From: Octopus sinensis
Lineage: Eukaryota
DNA: 64,000 nt
NCBI RefSeq assembly: GCF_006345805.1
Contig: NC_043014.1
Span: forward strand, 9,176,001-9,240,000
Direction: 5' to 3'
The translations under genes were made by a program, and so were the position numbers. Numbering within the stretch: position 1 is the first letter of the stretch; each line of letters opens with the position of its first letter. The notes under the pieces were generated by a model. It made no database searches. It saw only the letters and a list, made by a program, of their open reading frames with translations, and had not been told where the DNA came from. This document shows, one piece after another, positions 1-12,974 of this stretch.

Positions 1-135
1 ATACGAGGGATTTCTTTCAGTTTTCGTCTACCAAATCCACTGACAAGGCTTTGTTCGGCCCGAGGCTATAGTAGAAAGCACTTACCCAAGGTGCCATGCA
101 GTGGGACTGAACCCGGAACCATGTGATTTCTAAGC

Positions 136-138
<3 letters not shown>
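1..138 (-). mobile_element. SINE family A (tRNA-derived), 5' half, cut by window edge
   Basis: Reverse complement of the A consensus seen at 3901-4312 (gtgggactgaacccggaacc = B-box-like region). Confidence 0.85.
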
Positions 139-170
<32 letters not shown>

Positions 171-867
171 CCATTCATTTTGATATAAGTAGCATATCGC
201 AGAATGGTTGCACACGTTCTATGAATTCCATAGTGAATATATATGGTTTTCTTTTTCAAATTTTATGACTGTATCACGACGAATGTGCTATGTATTACAT
301 ACGAAATATATTGTCCTCTTTGATAGATCTACTCTATTTATTACTTACTGTGAACAGAAACTATAACGCAAGAGTAATTTGTTTCCAGCTTTTATTACGC
401 AGAAACGTAATCAACTACGAATTCCCAATTTCCGACATTTTGTACAATTGTTATCGACTGTTGATATAGTATTCACATCCAGCGTAGGCTTCAAATGAAG
501 CATGTGATTATGACTAATCTTTTGCTAATACCGATGATTTTTCTGTTTTTAGTAGGATTTGCACGACGTGTGTTTGCACTAACTGACATTTTTAGAACCT
601 TAGATTTGACATTCCGTTCTTTCACTTTGGCTGAATATTGGGATTTAGCCTAGAATCACTTCCTGTTTACAGAGCTCAGAAATTAAATTAAGGAAAGCAA
701 GACATGACAGTTAAGTCACTAAAATTGAAGCAACTCTTCGTTAATGCACTGCTTATATAATAAAACACAAGAATTTATACTATGGGGCTAAAGTAGGTTG
801 TAACCATAATCCTTCCTCGTTGGTAAAGTACAGAACAAATATTTACATTACAATGAACTTATTCTTT

Positions 868-1075
868 AATTCTTTTACTTGTTTAAGACTGTGGCAATGC
901 TGGAGCACCGCCTTAAAGGGTGTTTTTTTAAGTCGAGGAAAGCATAGTTCGTATTGTATCGGTCTGTTTTGCCGAACAGCTAGAAAACTGGGGCGTAGAC
1001 GCACAAACAATGCTTGTCATGCGATGTTGGGGGAAAACAGGCACAGTGACACACAGACACGCACACACATACGTA
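868..1075 (-). mobile_element. SINE family A, diverged 3' half
   Basis: cttttacttgttt..gctggagcaccgcctt..atcggtc..gcgatgttgggg matches the reverse complement of the A 3' half. Confidence 0.7.
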
Positions 1076-1099
1076 CATACATATCACGTGACCGCTAAA

Positions 1100-2110
1100 C
1101 ATTCCGTCCGGCGTGCTCACGATTTTGCCAGTTCGCCGCCTTCTTTTCTACTCTAGGCACAAGGCCCGAAATTTTTTGGGGTGGGTGGGGGTGTGGAAGG
1201 TACCAGTCTATCATATCGACCTTTGTACGCAACTGGTACTTAATTTATCAACCACAAGAGGATGAACGGCAAAGTCGGCCTCGGCGGAATTTGAACTCAG
1301 AACTTGAAGACGTACGAAATGCCACTAAATATTCTACCCGGTGTGGTAATGATTCCGCCAGCTCGCCACCTTTAACCAAATTCTTTTTTACTCTAGGCAC
1401 AAGGCCCGAAATTTTTGGGGTGGCGTGGGGAAGGTTCTTGTCGATCAGATCGATCTCAGTACGGAACTGGTACTTAATTTGTTGACCCCGAGAGGATGAA
1501 CGGCAAAGTCGACCTCGGCGGAAATTGAACTCAGAACGTAAAGACAGACGAAATATCTATTCCTTTACTACCCACAAGGGCTAAACACAGAGAGGACAAA
1601 CAAGGACAGGCAAACGAATTAAGTCGATTACATTGACTCCCAGTGCGTAACTGGTACTTAATTTATCGAACCCGACAGGATGAAAGGCAAAGTCGACCTG
1701 GGCGGAATTTGAACTTAGAACGTAACAGAAGACGAAATACGGCTACGCATTTCGCCTGGCATGCTAACGGTTCTGCCAGCTCGCCACCTTCCAAATATTC
1801 ATACATACATTCATATATACATAAATGTATGCAAATATATATACACATACATACATGTATACATATACATACGTACATGCATACACACACATACATACAT
1901 GTGTGTGTGTATGCATTTGGGGTGGGGTGGGGAAGGGGCCAGTCGATCAGATCGACCGCAATACGCAACTGGTACTTGATTTATCGATCCCGAGAGGATG
2001 AACGGCAAAGTTGACCTCGGCATAATTTGAACTCAGAACGTAATGAGAGACGAAATAAACGCTAAGTATTTCGCCCGGCGTGCAAACCTTTCGGCCAGCT
2101 CTCCGCCTTC
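1100..2110 (-). mobile_element. Cluster of at least 4 SINE family B units (two tail variants)
   Basis: Repeated ggcaaagtcgacctcggcggaatttgaactcagaacg and gccagctcgcc. Tails are either cttgtgcctagagtagaaaag or ccccttgtgggtagtaaagaaata (element orientation). Confidence 0.9.
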
Positions 2111-2613
2111 CAGATATTAAAATATTAAAATAAAATGAACGGTAGCAACTTTGTTAGAAATTTACGCTGAAGACGAATCACCGAAGAAAATATATTTCAA
2201 ACGTACAGCGTATTTGATAAGCGAGTAAACATGTGAGTCCTTTGCAGGTGCATCTCCAAGTATTTTCTCAGCAATTACGTAATTATAGATGCTTGATGCG
2301 ACCAAGCAATGTGCATTAATATATAGCTTCAAACATAGAAAAATGGCTGAACGACACACTCTTATTAACCTAGCTATTTCAGATTTAATGGTACGACACT
2401 CTCACTCCTCCTCCTATATATAAATGCATTTATATAGCGTTCTCCAAGTTTGCTACTCTTAAAAATATTTTCGCTCCTTTTTTGATATTTTTTACCTCTT
2501 TACACACAAAAGAATGAAATTATCCATTTTTTGATTTTGCCCTGGTGAGAAGATGAAACATTAATAGCCAATGAATGTAACGTACTCAAATAACTACACA
2601 GACCATAAAACGT

Positions 2614-2863
2614 ATTTCTTTACTACCTACAAGGGGCTAGACAGAGAGGGGACGAACAAGGACAGACAAACGGATTAAGTCGATTACATCGACCCCAGTG
2701 CGTAGCTGGTACTTAATTTATCCACCCCGAAAGAATGAAAGGTAAAGTCAACCTCGGCGGAATTTGAACTCAGAACGTAGCGGCAGGTGAAATACCGCTA
2801 AGCATTTCGCCCGGCGTGTTAACGATTCTGCCAGCTCGCCGCCTAGTTGCCAGCTCGCCGCCT
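2614..2863 (-). mobile_element. SINE family B, full length, with duplicated 5' tip
   Basis: Full match to the B consensus; flanked by direct repeat taaaacgt (2606-2613 / 2864-2871). Confidence 0.9.
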
Positions 2864-3203
2864 TAAAACGTTGATTAAAAGGACAAACTATTGTCAGCAA
2901 TTTCTATTACAGTTTATAGTAGCGGGTTTGTCGAACACCCCAGTAGGACACTTGAGCGCTAACAAATATCTGATAAGAAGAAATAGACTGAAATCGTTAC
3001 AATATCCACAAGAATTAAAATAAATTGGTATATTTATTATTTAACTCTTTCATTGCAATTGGATTTAGTCGTTCGATTTAGGGAGTCGTATGGTCTCCTT
3101 GTTTGAACCAGAATACTAACACCAAAAGTGGTATTTCAAAACTATTTCATTATATTATCAAAACAAATTATTTAACTAGGGTTTATATATATATAAATAG
3201 ATT

Positions 3204-3336
3204 CTTCGAACAGGGACAGTCAGTGGCGACACCTGCTGGGTCTGACTACACTGCATTGATAAAGGGCAAATACCCTGAAACATGTCTGCAGCTGTCTGAC
3301 TGGCAGGATGAAGCGGCTGACCTCCCCTGTTCGAAG
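3204..3336. repeat. 133-bp segment bounded by 12-bp perfect inverted repeats (possible MITE)
   Basis: cttcgaacaggg (3204-3215) and ccctgttcgaag (3325-3336), with imperfect inward extension. Confidence 0.45.
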
Positions 3337-3518
3337 GTTTATAATGGACGCAGGTTGTGTGTCAAATAGCTAGCTTGAGGCGGAGGCCTCTTGGAGCTAA
3401 TCAGCGACAGCTTTAGTCTTATATTTATAAGACTGTTATATAAGTATGGCGATAACTATTAATTTCCAGTAACGCTGCCGTAATCTCCTTTAGAGAGACT
3501 TAGCAATTTTAATATTTC

Positions 3519-3556
<38 letters not shown>

Positions 3557-3900
3557 TATATATATTTACCTTTTTTTTTACATCCTACCAGCTTGCCCTA
3601 GTCAGCCAAGCTGCCATAGGGCTTAATCTGTTTTTTTAATGCAATTTCTGAAAAAAAAATTTTTGTAATCTTTACTTTGGATTAATAAATTTATTTATAT
3701 ATTAAGCATTCTAATTATTTATTAAGAATTCACTCTCCTTCCTTCAGTGGTCTAGTAGAGTAACTAATTATTTCCATATAGGGCAAAATGCCACCATCTA
3801 ATTGTAATTGTTCGATTAAAGAATTGTAATTATTCGATAAAAGGAAACGTATCCTATCCTTGTGGTTTACATAATACTAAGTAGCGAATAGTTTTTTAAC

Positions 3901-4073
3901 AGGCGTAGGAGTGGCTGTGTGGTAAGTAGCTTGCTTACCAGCCACATGGTTCCGGGTTCAGTCCCACTGCGTGGCAATTGGGCAAGTTTCTTCTACTATA
4001 ACCTCGGGCCGACCAAAGCCTTGCGAGTGGAATTGGTAGACGGAAACTGAAAGAAGCCCGTCGTATATATATG

Positions 4074-4118
<45 letters not shown>

Positions 4119-4312
4119 TTGTGTTTGTCCCCCCCAACATCGCTTGACAACCGATGCTGGCGTGCTTACGTCTCCGTAACTTAGCGGCTCGGCAAAAGAG
4201 ACCGATAGAATAAGTACTAGGCTTACAAAGAATAAGTCCTGAGGTCGATTTGATCGACTAAAAAGGTGGTGCTCCAGCCTGGCCACAGTCAAATGACTGA
4301 AACAAGCAAAAG
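3901..4312 (+). mobile_element. SINE family A, full length with internal (TA)n(TG)n
   Basis: Head ggcgtaggagtggctgtgtggtaag..ggttccgggttcagtccc (A/B-box-like), internal microsatellite, 3' end gtcaaatgactgaaacaag. Confidence 0.92.
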
Positions 4313-4428
4313 TAAACGTGTAACACGTATTACTTTTTCCTTAACGGCTGTATCGGAAAACGTCATAACAACTCATTGAAATAGAAATAACCTCTGTACA
4401 ATTATTAATTTGCTTTACGTGTGTCCAT

Positions 4429-4921
4429 AAGGCGGCAAAGCAGCAGAATCGTTAGCACGCTAGACGAAATGCTTACCGTTATTTCGCCCGTTGCTACGTT
4501 CTGAGTTAAAATTCCGTCGAGGTCGAGTTTGCCTTTTGTCCTTTTGCGATGGATAAAATCCAGTACAGCTTAACACTGGCGTCAATGAAATCGCCTCCTC
4601 AAAAATTGATGTCCTCGTGGCAAAATTAGAAACCATTATTTCAAATTCCGCCGAGGTCGACTTAACCTATCATTCTTTCGGGGTCGATAAAATAAGTACC
4701 ATTTGAACACTGGGGTCAATGAAATTGATTTATCACTTCCCCCAAAATTTCTACCCCTGTGACAAAATTACAAAAAATCATTTCAAATTCCACCGGGGTT
4801 CAATTTGTCCTTTGTACTTTCGGGGGTCTATACAAATAAATACCAGTTGAAAACTGGGTCGATTACATCGGTTCATCCCCTCTCTCAAAATCACTAGCCT
4901 TGTCGCAAAATTTGAAACCCT
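4429..4921 (+). mobile_element. Three degenerate SINE B-related units in tandem
   Basis: aaggcggcaaagcagcagaatcgttagc head followed by three aaattcc..ggtc..gataaaat..ggggtc blocks ending in caaaatt(t/a)gaaacc-like tails. Confidence 0.75.
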
Positions 4922-5219
4922 TACGTTATATGAGTCCTTGTCGTCCGTGTCATGTGTTGAGCACTGGCATTTTATGGTCTTTTTCATATTTCCTGTGCAT
5001 TGTCATAAAACGAAAGTCGAGTTCGTCTAATGGCAACGGTTTTCGGATCACAACCGTAAGGCCGTGAGCTTGAATCACAGTGGTTCGTTGTAACCTTAAG
5101 CAAGACGTTATATTTTATGTTGCTTCAGCTGGCAGAAATGAGTAGAACCAGTATTTCAATGTTGAAGTGCGTATCATCGAATCTTATATATTTTTACTTA
5201 TAATACTTATTACTTATAT

Positions 5220-5607
5220 GTGGAGGCGCAATGGCCCAGTGGTTAGGGCAGCGGACTCGCGGTCGGAGGATCGCGGTTTCGATTCCCAGACCGGGCATTG
5301 TGAGTGTTTATTGAGCGAAAAGACCTACAGCTCCACGAGGCTCCGGCAGGGGATGGCGGTGAACCCTGCTGTACTCTTTCACCACAGCTTTCTCTCGCTC
5401 TTTCTTCCTGTTTCTGTTGTACCTGTATTTCAAAGGGCCAGCCTTGTCACAATGTGTGTCACGCTGAATCTCCTCGAGAACTACGTTAAGGGTACACGTG
5501 TCTGTGGAGTGCTCAGCCACTTGCACGTTAAGATCACGAGCAAGCGGTTCCGTTGATCGTATCAGCTGGGACCCTCATCGTCGCAACCGACGGAGTGCTC
5601 CTATATA
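5220..5607 (+). mobile_element. SINE family C (tRNA-like head H1, tail X)
   Basis: gtggaggcgcaatggcccagtggttagggcagcggactcgcgg..ggtttcgattccc head; 12-bp TSD tattacttatat (5208-5219 / 5608-5619). Confidence 0.92.
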
Positions 5608-5827
5608 TATTACTTATATACTGATTATTCATTTTTGTACTTTTTGTGATCTAGTTATATGTTTTATAATAATATTTAATTTTTTTGGTTATGATTTGGT
5701 TCATGTCTATCATTGTTTGAATTACTTAATGGTGTTTTTTTCTAATTTTTATATTATATATTTATATAGTGAAATTTGATTTAATATTAAATTGAATTTT
5801 CCCCTGTAAGTTTGAAGTTATACTCCC

Positions 5828-5829
5828 TA

Positions 5830-5871
<42 letters not shown>

Positions 5872-5904
5872 TTTTATTATTATTATTATTATTATTATCA
5901 CTTA

Positions 5905-5936
<32 letters not shown>

Positions 5937-5971
5937 TATTATTATTACTACTATTATTATCATTATCATCA

Positions 5972-6017
<46 letters not shown>

Positions 6018-6067
6018 TTTTATTATTATTATTATTATTATTATCACTTTTATTATTATTATTATTA

Positions 6068-6104
<37 letters not shown>

Positions 6105-6215
6105 TATTATTATTATTATCGTTATTATTATTATTATTACTATTTTTATTATTATAATTTTTAAAAATTTTTATTATTATTATTATTATCATCATCATTA
6201 TTATTATAATTATTA
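5828..6215. repeat. (TAT)n compound microsatellite
   Basis: About 390 bp of tat/cat triplets. Confidence 0.95.
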
Positions 6216-6465
6216 TATATATATATATATATACATGTATACATCTTGTGAGTGTGTGTGTGTACGGGTAAAAGGAGAGTGAGAGAGAGAGAGAGAAAGA
6301 GAACGACAAAGAGAGAAGCAGAGAGAGAGAGAGAGGTGAAGAGAGAAAGAAAGAAAAAATTATTGAAGCATAGAAAATTCTTTCTTTTTTTTAGCAAGAC
6401 AAACAATTCATTATGAATTCGCTAGACTGAAAATGTCCAGAGATCTGGCGGGTGTGTACGCATGC

Positions 6466-6544
<79 letters not shown>

Positions 6545-6965
6545 GTGTGTGTGTGTGTCTGTGTGTGTGTGTGTGTGTTTGTGTTTCTGTTCCTACGTAT
6601 GCATAGGACACACCATTCTGTTTTAACGAAACTGGTGAACGGTGAAATGTCTGCCGCGCGAGAACTTAAGTTGTCCAGTAGATGCAGGAGTATCGCAAAA
6701 CAAATATAGAACATATGAAATATAAAGCATATAAACAAATATGACATCATTACCCAGGAAAATCACAATCTCTTAAGTAATAAACAAGCGTGCACACGGC
6801 TATACACATACACATACATACATACATACATACATGCATGCATACATACATACATACATACATACATATACATACATACATACATACATACATGTATGCA
6901 TACATGCATGCATACATACATAATACATACATACATACAAGCATGCATACATGCATACATGCATA

Positions 6966-7168
6966 CAGTCGCCATGATAGATCGGTAGCCACTACACACA
7001 TTTTTTCTCTCCTTGTTTCTCTCCATGTTTTTTCTGCGTCCCTTTCTGTAGAAGAGCGTAGGCTCGAAACGTAAAAGACATTTTCAATTCCTGAGCGTTA
7101 TACTAATACATCTGTTTGTTTTGTACACCACCTGTCTTCGTCTTTTGTTTTTTTCGTGAACTCTCCCC
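6966..7168 (+). mobile_element. Penelope-like LTR-type fragment with minimal hammerhead-like motif (copy 1)
   Basis: ctttctgtagaagagcgtaggctcgaaacgtaaaagac at about 7042-7079. Homologous copies at ~19.3 kb (minus), 37.2 kb and 57.2 kb. The PLE assignment is inference from the motif. Confidence 0.6.
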
Positions 7169-7686
7169 ATACATACATACACACACACACATACATACAT
7201 ACATACATACATACATACATACATACATACATACATACATACATACATAATTTTTCACTTCCATAAACTACGTTACATAATGTGAATATTTTTGAAGCCA
7301 ATGATACGGGTTTCGGAAATATACATTTGATCCCTGGTGTAATATTTCTTCAAGTCACGGAATAGAAATCCGTATGAATATAATTTATTTGGATTTAACC
7401 GTAGGTCACCATAAATTTTTCCCTGAAATCGATAATGTTGATATATGATATTTTATTATAAAAGAACAAAAATAAATCACCTCACAGAATTTACCGGTCT
7501 CTAGTTTTATCTGTAAATTTATATGAGTCTCTTGGTTTAGTGTAAGTAAATTATATAATTATTTAGCCATTACGAATAGAATATCTTCGTACTCAGATGG
7601 GTCCTAGTTCGGTTCAGACGTCCAGCTCATTGAAACTGGTGTACCAGAAACTGCATGTCGGTTTGTACTAATTGGTTCAGTTAATC

Positions 7687-8872
7687 TTATTTCTTTACTA
7701 CCCACAAGGGGCTAAACACAGAGGGGACAACGAAGGACAGACAAAGGGATTACGTCAATTACATCGACCCCAGTGCATAACTGGTACTTAATTTATCGAC
7801 CCCGAAAGAATGAAAGGCAAAGTCGACCTCGGCAGAATTGGAACTCAGAACGTAACGACAGACGAAATACGGCTACGTATTTCGCCCGGCGTGCTAACGT
7901 TTCTTATTCATTTATTGCCCACAAGTAGCTAGACATAGAGAGGACAAACAAGGACAGACAAACGGATTAAGTCGATTATATCGACCTCAGTGCGTAACTA
8001 GTACTTATTTAATCGACTTAGAAAGGATTAAAGGCAAAGTCGACCTCGGCAGAATTGGAACTCAGAACGTAACGACAGACGAAATACGGCTACGTATTTC
8101 GCCCGGCGTGCTAACGTTTCTTATTCATTTATTGCCCACAAGTAGCTAGACATAGAGGGGACAAACAAGGACAGACAAACGGATTAAGTCGATTATATCG
8201 ACCTCAGTGCGTAACTAGTACTTATTTAATCGACTTAGAAAGGATTAAAGGCAAAGTCGACCTCGGCAGAATTGGAACTCAGAACGTAACGACAGACGAA
8301 ATACGGCTACGTATTTCGCCCGGCGTGCTAACGTTTCTTATTCATTTATTGCCCACAAGTAGCTAGACATAGAGGGGACAAACAAGGACAGACAAACGGA
8401 TTAAGTCGATTATATCGACCTCAGTGCGTAACTAGTACTTATTTAATCGACTTAGAAAGGATTAAAGGCAAAGTTGACCTCGGCAGAATTTGAACTCAGA
8501 ACGTAACAGCAGACGAAATGCCTATTTCTTTACTACCCACAAGGGGTTAAACACAGAGAGGACAAACAAGGACAAACAAACGGATTAAGTCGATTATATC
8601 GACCTCAGAGCGTAACTAGTACTTATTTAATCGACCGAGAAAGGATTAAAGGCAAAGTCGAGCTCGGCAGAATTTGAACTCAGAACGTAGAGGCAGACGA
8701 AATACCTATTTCTTTACTACCCACAAGGGGCTAAACACAGAGAGGACAAACAAAGACAGACAAACGGATTAGTCGATTTTATCAACTCCACTGCGTAACT
8801 GGCACTTAATTTATCAACCCCTAAAGTATGAAAGGCAAAGTCGACCTCAGCAGAATTTGAACTCAGAACGTA
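7687..8872 (-). mobile_element. Head-to-tail array of six SINE B units
   Basis: Near-identical 217-bp units start at 7904 and 8121; the unit at 8338 and two more are shorter (~180 bp). Confidence 0.93.
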
Positions 8873-9422
8873 CCGGCTGTTGTTCTGAATACCACCTACA
8901 GGTAGAAGCTGTTACTAGAGGCGTTGCGGTCGGTCCCATCTGCTTCCCTTCTTCGATTTCATAGTCTGATTTGCCCGTTCTTCAGGGCAAGATATCCTGC
9001 TGTGCTTCTTAGTGCAGCACCAACAAACCATGTTAGGGGCGCCTTTGATGCAGCAGAGCACCTTGTGATCTTTCCAGGTCAAAACGACTGACTAATCTGT
9101 TTTAACTCCTCTTCCCCATATGTTCTATTTTGTCAACCCTGCTTTATTCAACCGTGCCTATAATGATAAATAGGGGACAGCTAACTCCTGTCTGCCGTCG
9201 TTTCGAGCCTCAGTAACCGTCATGTATGTTGGAATTCAAGTCAATGAAGGATTCACATACATATTAATTTCAGCATTTGTTTCCTATTTTGAAAGTGCTT
9301 CAGACGATGTCATGACCTTTCTGATTAGGAAATTCCCCCCCCCCCCCATTATTTCTTAGCGGTAGTAGGATACTGCCAACATTCCTTTCCATAGTATATA
9401 AATAAATAAATAGATAAATAAA

Positions 9423-9660
9423 TGCGTCCTTTTAAAACCTAGCCAGGCTCATGGGCCCGGTTTCCCGGTTTCTATGGCGTATGTGTCCCCCACCTGGACG
9501 GGACGCCAGTCCATCGCAGCGTTACTAATTTTTGCTAGCTGAATGGACTGGAAATGAAATTTTTTGCTCAAGAACCCAACGCGTCGCCCGGTCCAGGAAT
9601 CGAAGCACAACCTTACGATTATGATGCTGACACCCTAAATACTAAACAACGCGCCTCCAC
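9423..9660 (-). mobile_element. SINE with head H2 + CORE-like middle + tail W
   Basis: Reverse complement reads gtggaggcgcg..cttcgattcctggaccggg..cttgagcaa..cagtccattcagct..ctgcgatggactggcgtcc..gaaaccgggcccatgagcc. Confidence 0.8.
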
Positions 9661-9661
9661 T

Positions 9662-9915
9662 ATACACCAGCATCGGTTGTCAAGCAATGCTAGAGGGACA
9701 AACACAGACACACAAACATACACACACACACGTACATATATACATATATACAACAGGCTTCTTTCAGTTTCCGTCAACCAAATCCACTCACAAGGCTTTG
9801 GTCGGCTCGAGGCTATAGCAGAAGACACTTGCCCAAGATGCCACGCAGTGGGACTGAACCCGGAAGCATGTGGTTGGTTAGCAATCTACTTACCACACAG
9901 CCACTCCTGCGCCTA
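9662..9915 (-). mobile_element. SINE family A, 5' two-thirds
   Basis: Reverse complement of the A head and middle, truncated where it abuts the H2 SINE. Confidence 0.88.
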
Positions 9916-9917
9916 TA

Positions 9918-9950
<33 letters not shown>

Positions 9951-9951
9951 G

Positions 9952-10012
<61 letters not shown>

Positions 10013-10022
10013 TAATAATAAA

Positions 10023-10270
10023 CGTGCCCTTTTAAAGTCTAGCCAAGCTCATGGGCCCAGTTTCCCGGTTTCTATGGCGTATATGTTCCCCAGCAGGACG
10101 GGACGCCAGTCCACCGCAGCGTTACTCATTTTTGCCGGCTGAGTGGACTGGAGCAACGTGAAATGAAGTGTTTTGCTCAAGAACACAACGCGTTGCCCGG
10201 TCCAGGAATCGAAACCACAATCTTACGATCACGATGCTGACACCCTTACCACTAGGCCACGCGTCTCCAC
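10023..10270 (-). mobile_element. SINE with head H2 + CORE-like middle + tail W (second copy)
   Basis: Homologous over its full length to 9423-9660. Confidence 0.85.
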
Positions 10271-10626
10271 TTTCATAGTATATCTTCACACATATTACCT
10301 AACCTACGCGATGAGAATTCAGAAACTTCCAGAGATAGCTGAAATGATTCTTGATATGATACGATCTGAGCGGAGTCTTAACCGGATTACTGCAAGATTT
10401 TATTTATAGCGTCATCTAATCCGAATTTTAAAGTATAGCTGACATATCGTTTTTTTTTTCCTGTTTACCTTTATTTTGCCCTCTCTTGAATTTGATCCTG
10501 CGGTAAAGAAACACTAATTTACTAAATTCCCCCCCCCCCGGCTATCATTTCCGTGTCTGCGGAAAACGAAAATAATGAGTATTAAATAGGAAAACTGAAT
10601 CATGAGTGACGAAAGCTGGAATTTAG

Positions 10627-10628
10627 CA

Positions 10629-10698
<70 letters not shown>

Positions 10699-10724
10699 GC
10701 TGCTGCTGCTACTACTACTACTAC

Positions 10725-10758
<34 letters not shown>

Positions 10759-10951
10759 GCTGCTACTACTACTACTACCACTATTATTACTACTACTACA
10801 ACTACTGCTACTACTACAACTGCTGCTGCTGCTACTACTACTACTACTACTACTACAACTACTACTACTATTACTACTACTACTACTACTACTACTACAA
10901 CTACTGCTACTACTACAACTGCTGCTGCTGCTGCTACCACCACCACTACTT

Positions 10952-10982
<31 letters not shown>

Positions 10983-11071
10983 AACTACTACTACTATTAC
11001 TACTACTACTACTACCACTACTATTACTACTACTACAACTACTGCTACTACAACAACTGCTGCTGCTGCTG

Positions 11072-11108
<37 letters not shown>

Positions 11109-11298
11109 CACTACTATTACTACTACTACAACTACTGCTACTACTACAACTGCTGCTGCTGCTACTACAACTACTACTACTACAACTACTACTACTATTA
11201 CTACTACTACAACTACTGCTGCTGCTGCTGCTACTACTACTACTACTACTACTACTACAACTACTACTACAACTACTACTACAACTGCTGCTGCTGCT

Positions 11299-11394
<96 letters not shown>

Positions 11395-11413
11395 ACTGTT
11401 GATGCTACTGCCC

Positions 11414-11453
<40 letters not shown>

Positions 11454-11508
11454 ACCACCACCACCACTACCACCACCACCACCACCACCACTACTACTAC
11501 TACTACTG
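10627..11508. repeat. ~880-bp compound (CTA/CTG/CAA/CCA)n triplet repeat
   Basis: Continuous triplet phase with recurring higher-order blocks of ctg runs. Confidence 0.95.
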
Positions 11509-12110
11509 TATCAACAATTTACAATGTCAGTGCCTCAACACGTTGTAATTGTTGCTGCTGTTGTTGTTATGATCGATAGCTTCCAAACTATTCGTTTGTG
11601 CAACTCGAAATATTTCTTTTTTTCTCGCTAATTCTTCATTAAATCGTTGATTATATTATTCGCTTTGTGCAATCTCAGTTGTAATTTGTTTTTACTACTA
11701 TTTCTTTTTTTTTTTTTTTTAGTCTTGTTTGCTTTTGCAATATTCGACTTTGTGGGCCAGACACTTTGATATGAAGTGTGGTGAAAATGTGTAAGAAAAC
11801 AAATTAATATCTTGTTTTCTTTTGCCCCGGGGTATTGAGGTAGAGACTCTTTCAGATAATTAAAATCATTTTCAGCGTGGACTCGCTACAATGTTTCTTT
11901 TCGTAATGCTTAAAATAATGAGTCTCAGACAGAAGTAAATATGTTTTTTACATCACGAGTGTTAACAACAACAATAAGAAACCGAATTAGTAGCGTGTAT
12001 AGAGTGTCGCAACAATTGCTTCGTGGTACCTGTTTGGGCTGTCTGCTCTCTGAGTTCAAATGCATCCAAAGTCTATTTTACCATGTTGGGAAAAAATTAC
12101 TAATACAATA

Positions 12111-12499
12111 GGAGGCGCAATGGCCCAGTGGTTAGGGCAGCGGACTCGCGGTCGTAGGATCGCGGTTTCGATTCCCAGACCGGGCGTTGTGAGTGTTTAT
12201 TGAGCGAAAACACCTAAAGCTCCACGAGGCTCCGACAGGGGATGGTGGTGATCCCTGCTGTACTCTTTCACCACAACTTTCTCTCACACTTACTTCCTGT
12301 TTCTGTTGTACCTGTATTTCAAAGGGCCGGCCTTGTCACTCTCTGTGTCACGCTGAATATCCCCGAGAACTACGTTCAGGGTACACGTGTCTGTGGAGTT
12401 CTCAGCCGCTTACACGTTAATTTCACGAGCAGGCTGTTCCGTTGATCGGATCAACCGGAACCCTCGTCGTCGTAATCGACGGAGTGCTTCCATCCATCC
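12111..12499 (+). mobile_element. SINE family C (H1, tail X)
   Basis: Full length, (catc)n end, 12-bp TSD actaatacaata (12099-12110 / 12500-12511). Confidence 0.93.
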
Positions 12500-12519
12500 A
12501 CTAATACAATATAATGAAT

Positions 12520-12958
12520 TGCTGACTCTACCCAAGGGCAGGAGTAGAAAGAGTGTACTGACCTAGAAAAAAGACGGAAGAGAGTTAAAATCAGTAGACG
12601 ACTGCGTGGAGTTAGCTAGAGTAGATATAAAACTCCTAAGTAAGTACTAGTGAAGAAAATTTATTAAATGTTTCTGGAGTCACAGCAATATATAGGGAAA
12701 CCAAGAACCGAATTAAATTTCAAAACCAGAGAATACAACTGAAGGCAAAAGAGGGCATTGCATGGTCGATTAACGAAGACAATTGCAGCAAGTAGTAGGC
12801 GGCATGTTTATGGCGGCAGAAGTGAAAGCTGAAAAGGGAGACAAAAAGTTTGTTAGTAGTTGCACAAGCCCAGGCATTAAGGACTAATTAGATACAAGTC
12901 AAGATAGACAAAAACCGAGTAGATTCCCAATGTAGGTTATGTAAATATAAATAAGAAA
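12520..12958 (+). pseudogene. Degenerate R4/Dong-like (RLE-type) LINE C-terminal fragment
   Basis: Manual translation LKRETKSLLVVAQAQALRTN*IQVKIDKNRVDSQCRLCK resembles the LKxETE..AAQEQALRTN..KIDK..CRxC signature of R4/Dong elements. Confidence 0.65.
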
Positions 12959-12974
12959 GCTTCACTCATATACG

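Noticed and set aside
5304-5556. Recurring ORFs such as MFIERK.., MPKMPRSGTEPG.. and MTTDAGVFTSP..
   Set aside because: They recur because they lie inside SINE copies; they are not a protein family.
7840-7900. Hammerhead within SINE B arrays (gacgaaa)
   Set aside because: No CUGANGA core on either strand of the unit; gacgaaa belongs to the anticodon-like stem.
8875-9290. Possible LINE ORF1 zinc knuckle (CWCCTKKHSRISC) on the minus strand
   Set aside because: Spacing is non-canonical and the surrounding frame is broken; too weak to call.
10623-11453. 276-aa poly-Val/Ala ORF
   Set aside because: Pure triplet-repeat translation with no gene context.
12111-12190. tRNA genes at SINE heads
   Set aside because: A/B-box-like motifs are present, but the cloverleaf is imperfect and each head continues into a SINE body with TSDs.
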